Notes under the pieces: model-generated | What the model saw: only the letters and a program-made list of their open reading frames with translations | Databases searched by the model: none | Told to the model about the DNA's origin: nothing | Source of the DNA: Giardia intestinalis | Taxonomy: Eukaryota | Direction: 5' to 3' (one strand) | NCBI GenBank assembly: GCA_000002435.2 | Contig: CM018793.1 | Length of the DNA stretch: 64,000 nucleotides | Part shown: one piece after another, positions 8,701 to 16,890 of the stretch | Numbering within the stretch: the stretch's first letter is position 1 | How the letters are laid out: each line of letters opens with the position of its first letter | Translations under genes and position numbers: made by a program

Positions 8701-10671
8701 GAGCTCCTTGAGCTCTGCGATCTGGTTATCGCGCGCCTCGATCTCATCGGTCAGCGCCCTGATCTTCTCCTCGAGGGCGCGGATGGCCGTCTCGTCTGCG
8801 GGGGCGTCGCGCGACCTACCGCTGAGCTCCTTGACCTGCTGCTGGAGCTCCTCGATGCGCGCAAGGTACTCTGCAGCGTCTGCTCCCCGCGTGGCGTCTG
8901 CCTCCAGGGCGTCCACCCTTTCCTGGAGAGCCGCGCTGTTCTTCATCTCCTCCTGGATGCGGTCGCGGAGGAGCTCGATCTCGTCGTCGCGCTCGTCGAT
9001 GTCCTGCTTCGCGTTGGCGAGCTCGAACTGGAGGTCTGCGATCTGCTCGTTGAGCTCCTTGACCCTCTCGTCGTCGCCGCCCTGCGCGTCGGCGAGGAGC
9101 CTCTCCAGCCCTGCGATCTGCGCCTCGAGCTGGGCTACGCGTTTATCGCCCTCGGCAGACGACCTCTGGGCGCTCTCTGCGCGCATGACGAGGTCCTGGA
9201 GGCGGGCGATCTCCGAGTTCTTGGCGGCGATGATGGCGTCGAAGTCCGCCGCCTCGCCTCCCCTGGCCAGGGTCTCCTCGAGGCGGCTCTGGAGGGCCTC
9301 GAGCTCCCCGTCCTTGGCGAGGAGGGCCTGGCGGAGGCTCTCGACCTCCTCCTCGAGAATCTGCGTGGCGTACGCCTCGTCCTGGCTGGCGGCTGCCTGT
9401 TCCAGCTCGGCAATGCGTGCGTCGCGCTCATCGAGCATGGACCGGAGGCCTGCGAGTTCGTCCTCGAAGGCCCTGGTCTTCTCGACGATGGGCCGGAGCC
9501 CCGAGAGGTCGGACTCGCGCGCCTCCAGCTCCTCCCGGAGGGCGCTGATCTTGTTTTCGTAGTCTGCAAGAAGGGCCGCGTCTCCCGTGGGCGACGGGAC
9601 GGCGGTCAGGCGCTCGTTGAGGGCGCGGATGTCCCTCTCCTTCTCCGCGAGCTCGGACTGGAGCGCCCTGATCTTGTCCTTGAGGCCGTCGACGTCCTCG
9701 CCAGACCCGCCGGCGCTGAGCATTCCCTCCATGTCGGAGAGACGCTCCTTGAGGTCGCTGATGATGGCGTCCTTGTCGGCCGTCTCGGACTGGAGCCTGC
9801 TGATCTCGATGCGCAGCGTGGTGATGTTCTCCTCCATGTTCTTGACCTGGCCGTGCAGGGAAACGTTCTGGCCGATGACGATCGACGACTCGTCGTGCAG
9901 CGAGGCCAGCTTCAGCTCGAGCTGCATGATCTTGGACTCGAGCTCGTGCTCGAGCTGCGTCTTGGTCTGCGTGAGGGAGTCAGCCTGTCCGCCGGGGAAG
10001 CGGTGCGCGTCGATCAGAGAGAATGACAGGGAGAGGTCGAGGGCGGGGTTTCCGACCTGGGACGAGGAGAAGTTCATGAGCGAGGGGCGGGTGAACTCCG
10101 GAATCAGGTTCGCCTCATAGGACGCGAGGCACTGGACGATGTCGGTGTGCCCGTTCTCGGCCGCGAGCACGAACGCCGTCTTGTGGTCGTACGAGACGAT
10201 CTCCTTCTCGCGGACCACGAGGAGCTTCACCACGTCCGTGTGGCCGGCCGCCGCCGCGTACATCAGGGCGGTGCGCCCGCGCGCGTCTGTCTTGGCCTTG
10301 AGGTAGGGGAGCAGGTTGCTGACCGCCGCGGTCGACCCGTGCTCGGCGGCGAGCATGAGAGGCGTCATCTGGAAGTCGCCGTAGGTGGTGTTGACCTCAT
10401 AGGCGACGAGGCGCTTGCAGACGTCGCCCTTGTTGGCCTCGGCGGCGATCATGATGGCGGTCTTCCCCTCGCCGTTGACCATGCCGTTCTCGAAGAAGCC
10501 GAGGATCTTGACAAGCTCCACGTTCCCTTCGCGCGCGGCGATCATCAGGCCCGTCTCGCCGTCGCCGTTGACGGACTTGGCGTACTCTGCTGCGTGGTTG
10601 CGGATCAGCTCGACCTGGCCGGCCTGGATGGCCTCAAACCATTCCTCCACAGAAGACACCACTGCAGGCAT
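5788..10671 (-). CDS. ankyrin-repeat (about 5 repeats, N-terminal) plus ~1300-aa coiled-coil protein, Giardia 'protein 21.1'/coiled-coil cytoskeletal family-like
   Basis: Single 1627-aa ORF with ATG at 10669-10671. N-terminal ankyrin consensus (G-TALM-AA--GH--VV-LL). The remainder is E/L/A/R/K-rich heptad sequence. GAG/CTC-rich coding creates long spurious antisense ORFs. Confidence 0.8.
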   Translation of the reverse strand: MPAVVSSVEEWFEAIQAGQVELIRNHAAEYAKSVNGDGETGLMIAAREGNVELVKILGFFENGMVNGEGKTAIMIAAEANKGDVCKRLVAYEVNTTYGDFQMTPLMLAAEHGSTAAVSNLLPYLKAKTDARGRTALMYAAAAGHTDVVKLLVVREKEIVSYDHKTAFVLAAENGHTDIVQCLASYEANLIPEFTRPSLMNFSSSQVGNPALDLSLSFSLIDAHRFPGGQADSLTQTKTQLEHELESKIMQLELKLASLHDESSIVIGQNVSLHGQVKNMEENITTLRIEISRLQSETADKDAIISDLKERLSDMEGMLSAGGSGEDVDGLKDKIRALQSELAEKERDIRALNERLTAVPSPTGDAALLADYENKISALREELEARESDLSGLRPIVEKTRAFEDELAGLRSMLDERDARIAELEQAAASQDEAYATQILEEEVESLRQALLAKDGELEALQSRLEETLARGGEAADFDAIIAAKNSEIARLQDLVMRAESAQRSSAEGDKRVAQLEAQIAGLERLLADAQGGDDERVKELNEQIADLQFELANAKQDIDERDDEIELLRDRIQEEMKNSAALQERVDALEADATRGADAAEYLARIEELQQQVKELSGRSRDAPADETAIRALEEKIRALTDEIEARDNQIAELKELVDGAPAQPVETDPAQLTALEEENGRLKDELQALNDALEALRKSGADEASGLRGQVAHLNKEVSDLKEALANARASGDASDVERLVELQEQLEDAQEQLLSLKDRYDCAVAEMEDMRRELEQKPVGSTVYTDEPGASSEDLDRLKEELDALREEVQVLNEELEVMHGQNREQKDELNRLNGALDAKESLIADLKAQLDSTVPQDDARIKILEDEIADLRGTVAARDDAIRGLEEKTARLAELEQLAADKGKEVADKEHSLRRLEDEVRQLNDALCELREKPLSVAPSDQSGAEYVDAQTEISDVDPEEQAKVSSILDFDDGLVQKVDELQALVNALTGENDHYKGEHARIMAEMDALKEDLRNGRLRSDSLEGDKERLMKQVRDLTDLVESLRKDLGAPQDQGEVAALRQEVADLRSRVDELIDAAKGKDETIEQLEKELAIARASAENTERLSELLAEVEGYKAKLGESKEMVDSLLAQLASKDAELAGATTGLRAVTDDDGAELAKARVASLENEVAELRGQLNAKLAEIDAVHKNLVDSDAEAARLREELGGLRVQLEAAQVPEDTERVRMLEDQLQDARKELAELRAALEAKEMETEGLRAELATADPELANKLEASEATVRELRESAEALQDKLHALSDSRAADGDLQKLVEQLEKDLSGAKELVAERDATIDELKQRLRDTEEYDDLKERIAELDDEIAVLNDGLKDKDAEIAELREQLEAQPTATTVYPESGEEVGDAAALREVQDENAALKDELEAKRSLIDELQDEIDGLKQQCSDLKDEMIKLDSANNDKITTLQCSLDESRKQIADLQEEVEVLKNTANDIDPAVVESLQEELRKLQEELDDRENTITELQGLLDDQEGKNAEVSAQIEALNRELEEARDANLHSANDERTMALEAEIASLQESLDKANEDLAQKTDECGKAISETGNLRKAVEYYKKLVDDIRAGIVVLDDNLSALDLQ

Positions 10672-10775
10672 GTTTTATTATCCAGATAGTGTAAAGGTCC
10701 ATTCGATTTTAAATTCACTTCCCGCCCCTCAGATGCGGCCGGCGTGCGCTGTGTGTGCGGCCGGACCCGCCTGCA

Positions 10776-12218
10776 TCACCAGGGGGCCGCGAACCTTGCG
10801 ACTTCTCCAATGGTGCTCGCGAGGACGTCTGCGGTGAGCCCGTCGAATTTCGCTGAAAGAAGGCCGGCTACTACGAGCTGCTTTTCGTCCTCATCGAGGT
10901 GTCTGTACCGCTCCAGGGTGCCCAGGTCTATGAGGGCGTCTGGATCCCGGCGAGCTCGGCCCTTCTGCTGCATGGCGCTTTCTGCTAGGCAAAGCATTGC
11001 CGAGCACTGCTCGGTGACCTTTATGATGACTCCTATTTGGCCGCCTATCGTCGCGTATAGTATGGGAGGATACGGCTCAATGAGCTGCCGACCAGACGCG
11101 TGGCTTCTGCTCGTCGCGACGGCGCTGCTCTCCCTTCGATGGCCTGGCGCGGGGCCGAAGCAGACGACCTGCTCCCCGACGTAATGGGATGCGACAGTCT
11201 TCAGCCCCTGCGAGCTGTGCAGTTTGATGATGTGTATGTACCCTGCGCGATCCCCAACCAGTATCGGTCCGTCGACGCCTATCTGATAGATGCACGCCGG
11301 GATCATCCGCTGCAAGAGCTGTGACTGGATTACCAGGCGGGGCTGCTCCAGAGTAGTGTGCGCAGTCCTTAGCCCGTCGCTCATGAGCGTCACGCCCTTG
11401 AGCATATCCAGTATAGTCACTTGGGAGTACGCCGTGCCTAGCTTCAGAAGCAGCGCAGGCCCGGTGCAGCCGTACACCTCCAGCAGTTGGTACTCCGTGC
11501 TCATAAACGGCTTTCCTATGGATTGACCAAAGTGAAGCCCGTGCGTGTCCCTCGTAATGTCCTCTTGGGCCAGGTCTTTGTCTGTTACCAAGGCAAGGAT
11601 GATTATGGCGGTTCGCAGCGAGACAGCTACGCGGTGGTTTGTGTAGGGTGCGATGTCGCACACGGTGTTGTTGCTGAACAGAAAGTTCGCAACAAGCTCT
11701 ACCGCATACTCCTCCTTCGGAGAGTACGAGATCTTCATGCTATAGACTGCTACGAATCCGTCCTCGGCGTCGGCCTGCTCGGCAGACGGAAGGTTATAAC
11801 TCACAACAATAAACGGAAGCCTGTCGCTGCGCAGCGGCATGTACTGTAATCCGCTGATGACGGCGTTGTCGGGAAGCTGCACCGTGAAGACCGGGCGCAA
11901 GTTGTACGTGAAAAATCCCAATGCAGCGTACGAGTTCTGGTGCATCAGGGCTTCTGGAATAGTGCTCGTGGGGGCGGGGTATCCGGGATTCCCCGTGGCT
12001 AGTACGTCGAAGGTCCTGGTTACGTTGCTGTAGGAGTAATGCTCTACCGGGCCCTCTTGGAGAGCGGAGGTGTCCGACTCGTCTGCTCCTTTTCTGACCT
12101 CTCCTGCCATCAGATTGACAACTGATGCTGTCTTGTTGATTCCCCCGCAAGTAGTCGACTGGTTGGTTCCTCCGCCCGAGGATAGAGGGCGTAGAGAGTG
12201 GAACCCCACGCACAGCAT
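10776..12218 (-). CDS. hypothetical protein
   Basis: Long ORF. The supplied start (12263) is TTG; first ATG is at 12218. No confident domain assignment. Confidence 0.45.
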   Translation of the reverse strand: MLCVGFHSLRPLSSGGGTNQSTTCGGINKTASVVNLMAGEVRKGADESDTSALQEGPVEHYSYSNVTRTFDVLATGNPGYPAPTSTIPEALMHQNSYAALGFFTYNLRPVFTVQLPDNAVISGLQYMPLRSDRLPFIVVSYNLPSAEQADAEDGFVAVYSMKISYSPKEEYAVELVANFLFSNNTVCDIAPYTNHRVAVSLRTAIIILALVTDKDLAQEDITRDTHGLHFGQSIGKPFMSTEYQLLEVYGCTGPALLLKLGTAYSQVTILDMLKGVTLMSDGLRTAHTTLEQPRLVIQSQLLQRMIPACIYQIGVDGPILVGDRAGYIHIIKLHSSQGLKTVASHYVGEQVVCFGPAPGHRRESSAVATSRSHASGRQLIEPYPPILYATIGGQIGVIIKVTEQCSAMLCLAESAMQQKGRARRDPDALIDLGTLERYRHLDEDEKQLVVAGLLSAKFDGLTADVLASTIGEVARFAAPW

Positions 12219-12851
12219 TCCGTGGTAGACAATATGGGCGAGCCTTCTTGGGAGTCCTGGCAACGGAGCACTTGAGCAAATGATGGTCTACGGGGATCTA
12301 TGCGCTAAAAGGAGAAATAGTTGGTCTGATCTTCCTATCGCTGCGTACAAGGAAAGCCCGCACCGTGATCTCCTCCACCAGGGGTCATCCTGTCTCATCT
12401 CCGGTGCTGTCCTTCGCCGGGCCTTCGGTGGGACACCCATGCATATCGGTCATTGCACAATATACAGTATGAATCTCTAACAATCTCTGACACATTGCAC
12501 AGCCCTACCAGCCGCCAGCTCGGCCATCCTACGGCAGAGACTCCTTAATTCGTTCTGAATTGAGAAGAGGGCCCAGGGCTACGATTAGTGTTATGCGAGC
12601 ACGAGATGCAGACCTCCTTCATCAATGCCTCTCCCTCCTGCCAGACAATGCCCTTTGTAGATACAAAATGGACGTAGATACCTGTCCAAAGATGGGGGCG
12701 TTATTCTTTACCTAAACACCACTTGTTGCTATGCCTTCGCCAGACGCACCAGCCCTAAATAGAGTCTCAGTTCTTGCTACTCAGAGCTAATGATGATTGT
12801 CCTCTGGTGCCCTCTAAAGCATTCTAGGACTCCAACATCCGCGCCTGTGAC

Positions 12852-15494
12852 CTAGATTGTTGCTGTGTTACTGACTAAATTTGTTGACAGAATCTGCGCC
12901 AGGTCGGTTCCTCTCGGGATTATCTCTATGTACTCCCTGGGGTCTGCCGAGGGGATAATCCAGTTTGTCGCGGGAATGCTAGTGAACCACTGTGAAACGT
13001 TTTCCCCCTGAAGAATTACGGATCTCCTAGGAGCTCGCTTCTGAGTCACTTCGATTCTGTTCCTGTGCAGCAGTATGCAGCTCGCAGTGTTGATGGAGTG
13101 GTGGCCTGCATGCTCCTCGACAATGGCAAGGGAGGACACGTTCGAGGCCTGGTAGTCGCATTTGCTCACGAGGATGCAATGGTGCTCGGGCAGCTTCGTT
13201 GCGCTCGTGAGGTGAGTGGACTTTGTTAGAATGGGTGACGTCCGAAGAGACAGGGTACCATACATGGGCTTTCCGGTGGCCTCCCCTGATTGGGACTGCA
13301 CCACAGACGAGGGCACTGTGTCGAAGACTAGAGATCCCCCAATGATGCTGTCCTCCTCCTGCTCTGCCGGGCTAGGGGCTTCCGGAGCAGGGGCTGCTCT
13401 CTGCTCCGACACCCGGTACCTGTAGTTGATGTTCGTGTCTATGGCCGTGTTGGATATGACAAGCCCGCAGACGGAGCTCATCTCGTAGCGGGACAAGTAG
13501 AGGGCTGATGTGTTCCTGAGCCTGTGCATCATGGCACCAATGCCGTTTTCGCTAAACACAGTGTAGACAAACCGCGCATCGTATGCGTCGTTCGCCACAA
13601 TCGCCCCCACGCAGCAGTTATTGATGAAGCACGTGTTGGCGTGGACGGAGCCATCGGAAGTGTACACCCCCACAAAGGAGTTGAACAGGTGAGTATCACT
13701 CATTGCTAGATGGGAGCCCTCCTTGACGACAATAAGGGACCCCTTCACAATCATCTCTCTATCCCTGAGAAACCTGTCTGGCGTGAGCATGAAGGGAAGG
13801 TTCTTGGCTGGCTCCTCGGCGGCCTCTAGGCTGCACAACTCCCTGGGATGTCTGCTGCCCTGTCCGCCAAAGTCCTGTGTGCGACTGATAGCGCTGTTCA
13901 TCAAGCTTCTTTGCGTGTCGAGTTCTAAGATGGGGGATAACGCCACGGTTCGAAAGCTCGTGGTCATCGCGAGGGGGTTGATTTGTGTGCAGAAGACAGA
14001 GGAGCCATGAATGTACAGCTGGGACGCCGAGGATACAAGAACGGGGCACCTTGGCCCAACATACAGGCTGCTTTCGCTCTCGGGAAGCTTGTGCGACAGA
14101 CTGAATGGAAGGCTCGCCAAACTATTCGAGTTAATCCTGGACTTAATCAGTAGCGTACTCGTAGACCTGTTGGTCACGACGAGACACGGGTTAATGGTAG
14201 CAAGATCACGCTCCAAGTGCGCCAGCGAATCCGCAGTTAGAGTCACCCCCACTCTTTCTAGAGCCTGCGAGATGGCTGCCAGCGAGAGGTTGTTGGGAGA
14301 CGAAGACCTCAGCAGCTTCTGGAGCCGGGGGACAGACGACGCCATGGAGCGGTCCCTTGACGCTATGGGACACCCGGGTAGCCCCGTGTACCGGTCTGTG
14401 AAGGACTCTGAAGAGTAGGCGGGCGTGGACTCGATCGTGCAGTTGATGATGTTCGCGTTGCTTCCGATGACGTACACTCTCCCTATTATGTGAAGGTTGA
14501 AGATCGTGCTATTGTCTGTGAGTATGACGGTGCCGTACACAACAGAGCGACGCTTCCTGTTAGCGGTAAGGGACTGGGTGACGCGGGACTCAAACCTGCA
14601 CTGCGCCTTCTGCACTGCGACGTCTGTCCCGCCCCTGCTGGAAGCCCCGCCCAGGGTTGTTCTGGGGGGAAGTACCAATGCGGCAGGCAAGACGTACAGG
14701 CCAGTCTTGAGAATGTGGATTTTGAATAGGTCTGCGTGGCCTACGTATATGTTCTTTGCTAGGGCGACGGAGTCTAGAATGCCCTTGATGTTGTGGTGAG
14801 ACTTGAACAGCGGTAAAGACGCCGAGAGCGTATCCATGACATTCTGGCGGACGAGCGAGATAAGAGAGCCAGTGGGAGCATGGGCAGCTGGTGCGGAGCG
14901 ATCAGTGGAGGAGCTGGCAAGCTGGTGCATGTGTCTGGCGGCGAGATCCTCCATGGACGCGAGAAGCTCAGCCGCAGTCGACATGAAGACCAGGTTTCCA
15001 GCCCTCTGGGCAATGAAGTCGACCGTTGCCTGATTGCTTGCTATGCATCCCTGGTAGACGGAGGCTAGGCGGGCCTTCATGTTCCGCACCCACAGCTCGG
15101 ACGCCAGGAAGTTCTCCTCGGTGATCTTTTCGAGCTTGCTGATCTGGACTTCGAGCGCCTGTTCTATCGTCGTGGCCACTCTGCCAAACCTGTCAAGCTC
15201 GTTGCGATCGATCTTCTCCTCGATGCTCGTCTTCTTGCTCTCTGCAAGGTACAGGCTAGCCTCCGCCTTGGTCCTGGCCTGCTCCATTGAGACGTACGCC
15301 TTTAAGATGAGGCTCTTGTGGGTCGCGCTATGCTTGTCGTCTGCGAAGTGCTCTGTCAGAATGCACGACTGACATTTTAATTCCTGGCGTTTGTGTGCGT
15401 GGGTTTCCAATTCAAGTTTACACAGCGGACACAGGATCTTATGGGCTCCTGGGCGAACAAGGTTGGCGCATGCGACACAGCATAGAGACGCCAT
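12852..15494 (-). CDS. hypothetical 880-aa protein with N-terminal Cys-rich zinc-finger-like module (CxxC...CxxC...H.H...CxxC) followed by coiled-coil
   Basis: ATG confirmed at 15494 with an A/T-rich sequence just upstream. N-terminus is MASLCCVACANLVRPGAHKILCPLCKLELETHAHKRQELKCQSC. Confidence 0.55.
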   Translation of the reverse strand: MASLCCVACANLVRPGAHKILCPLCKLELETHAHKRQELKCQSCILTEHFADDKHSATHKSLILKAYVSMEQARTKAEASLYLAESKKTSIEEKIDRNELDRFGRVATTIEQALEVQISKLEKITEENFLASELWVRNMKARLASVYQGCIASNQATVDFIAQRAGNLVFMSTAAELLASMEDLAARHMHQLASSSTDRSAPAAHAPTGSLISLVRQNVMDTLSASLPLFKSHHNIKGILDSVALAKNIYVGHADLFKIHILKTGLYVLPAALVLPPRTTLGGASSRGGTDVAVQKAQCRFESRVTQSLTANRKRRSVVYGTVILTDNSTIFNLHIIGRVYVIGSNANIINCTIESTPAYSSESFTDRYTGLPGCPIASRDRSMASSVPRLQKLLRSSSPNNLSLAAISQALERVGVTLTADSLAHLERDLATINPCLVVTNRSTSTLLIKSRINSNSLASLPFSLSHKLPESESSLYVGPRCPVLVSSASQLYIHGSSVFCTQINPLAMTTSFRTVALSPILELDTQRSLMNSAISRTQDFGGQGSRHPRELCSLEAAEEPAKNLPFMLTPDRFLRDREMIVKGSLIVVKEGSHLAMSDTHLFNSFVGVYTSDGSVHANTCFINNCCVGAIVANDAYDARFVYTVFSENGIGAMMHRLRNTSALYLSRYEMSSVCGLVISNTAIDTNINYRYRVSEQRAAPAPEAPSPAEQEEDSIIGGSLVFDTVPSSVVQSQSGEATGKPMYGTLSLRTSPILTKSTHLTSATKLPEHHCILVSKCDYQASNVSSLAIVEEHAGHHSINTASCILLHRNRIEVTQKRAPRRSVILQGENVSQWFTSIPATNWIIPSADPREYIEIIPRGTDLAQILSTNLVSNTATI

Positions 15495-15527
15495 TTGTTT
15501 TTTGACGAGCGGCCGACACGGGTCCCG

Positions 15528-15872
15528 CTAGCGGTTCCTTCTGTCTTGCTCCTGGGTGGATGCGGCCAGGATTCTTCCTATCTCTTCTGCAAACGAGCCT
15601 CGGGGCTCACAAACAATTCTCCCGAGCTCTTGTCCATCGCGCAGAAAGACCCAAGTGGGGACCGCTGTGACCCCATACCTTACGGCATAACCCTCTCTGT
15701 CCCGCAGGTTGTGCATCTGGACGCGCACCTCGGCGATCCGTGGCTGATGTGCTGCAGCGGCCGCCGAGAACTCCTGCTGCCTCTGGGCCACGAGGAGCCT
15801 CTGTGTGCGCTCGTCTGGCATGAACGCAAGCACGTCCAGCCGCCGCGCCCCCGAACCGCAAGGCCTCTCCAT
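15528..15872 (-). CDS. thioredoxin-fold paralog lacking the CxxC active site (possible redox-inactive Trx-like protein or pseudogene)
   Basis: C-terminal YGVTAVPTWVFLRDGQELGRIV parallels YGVKKVPSWVVLRGGKEIGRIV of the upstream gene. Where the upstream gene has WCKDC, this copy has MPDERTQ. ATG at 15870-15872; alternative ATG at 15821. Confidence 0.45.
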   Translation of the reverse strand: MERPCGSGARRLDVLAFMPDERTQRLLVAQRQQEFSAAAAAHQPRIAEVRVQMHNLRDREGYAVRYGVTAVPTWVFLRDGQELGRIVCEPRGSFAEEIGRILAASTQEQDRRNR

Positions 15873-15913
15873 GAGCGTACAAGCGCCAAAAGAATTCACT
15901 CCTGGTGGAAGGC

Positions 15914-16285
15914 CTAGAGCATGGCGGCCACGTCCTCGTCGAAGGAGGCCGTGAAGTTCTCGACGATCCGGCCGATCTCCTTCCCCCCGCGGAGGACGAC
16001 CCAGGACGGGACCTTCTTGACGCCGTACTTCTCGCAAAGGCCGGCGCTGTCCGTGCGGGTCTCCTTGTCGACGGTGGCGACGGTGACCTTGATCTTGTCG
16101 TTCGTCACGCACGTCATGATCCTGTTGAAGACGGGGATGCTGTACTGGCAGTCCTTGCACCATGGCCCGTGGAACGCGATGAGCTCCAGCTCCCCGGCCT
16201 CGTTGATCTTCTTCAGCGCAGAGGCGGTCGGCTCATACCAGTCGTTTGTCTCGTACTCGGGCGCGGAAATGGGGCTGAAGGGCAT
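15914..16285 (-). CDS. thioredoxin-like protein (WCxxC active site)
   Basis: FHGPWCKDC active-site motif plus the Trx-fold cis-Pro region (KVPSW). ATG at 16283-16285. AGTGAAT (AGTRAAY-like) lies in the 41-bp gap downstream. Confidence 0.8.
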   Translation of the reverse strand: MPFSPISAPEYETNDWYEPTASALKKINEAGELELIAFHGPWCKDCQYSIPVFNRIMTCVTNDKIKVTVATVDKETRTDSAGLCEKYGVKKVPSWVVLRGGKEIGRIVENFTASFDEDVAAML

Positions 16286-16890
16286 CTGTCGCCGCAGCAG
16301 ATTTTCCCCGACGATTTTACTTTAAAATGGTACGGACTGCCTCTCTGTTGGCCGCTGGCCTCCCAGTTGCAGACTGAGAGCCAACACCGCGACCGGTATG
16401 CCTGACCTACTACCTAGTCAGTAGATACCCCTGTTCGGCAAGCAGAAGCTGTGGGGTTAGCCCTGGACAGGTCAGACTCGTTCTGTCCGTAAAGGCCCTC
16501 CGTGGCCGGCTCGTCACTTGTGGCGCCATGACTCAGACTCTGCACACGCTTATCGCACAGGGCATCCAACCCGTGCCTTCTGGGCGAGTAGTTAATGTCA
16601 AAGGCGATTATCGTGTCTTAGTGTGCCAGCGCATGACCGAGACTACCTTACAAAGTACAGTAGCGTACTGCCTAACGCTAGAAGCATGGGGCGACTTGTC
16701 CGAGAGCAGCCCATCCGTTATAGGGCCGCCCCTGTAATGGGTTCGCACAGGCCTCGGTCACCGACCACCCGAGATGTGATCTGCTCCTTGATGATTGTGT
16801 CATGTGCGAGCCTCTTTTGTATAATCCGAACACTACTTCCACTGATAACACGATCTGAGATTAAAAATTAATACTTTTAGACAGCTGTTG

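Noticed and set aside
5686-10026. Two very long plus-strand ORFs (645 aa and 787 aa) and multiple Ser-, Arg- or Pro-rich ORFs overlapping the big minus-strand gene
   Set aside because: They are antisense or off-frame artefacts of the GAG/CTC-rich coiled-coil coding sequence. Translations are L/E/V/G or S/R low complexity with no domains. Only the minus-strand frame is continuous for 1627 aa and carries ankyrin repeats.
15528-16163. Full 211-aa ORF as the second thioredoxin-like gene
   Set aside because: Its N-terminal 97 aa are Arg/Gly/Pro/His low complexity read out of frame across the upstream Trx gene. Only the C-terminal about 114 aa from ATG 15872 (or 15821) show Trx-fold similarity.
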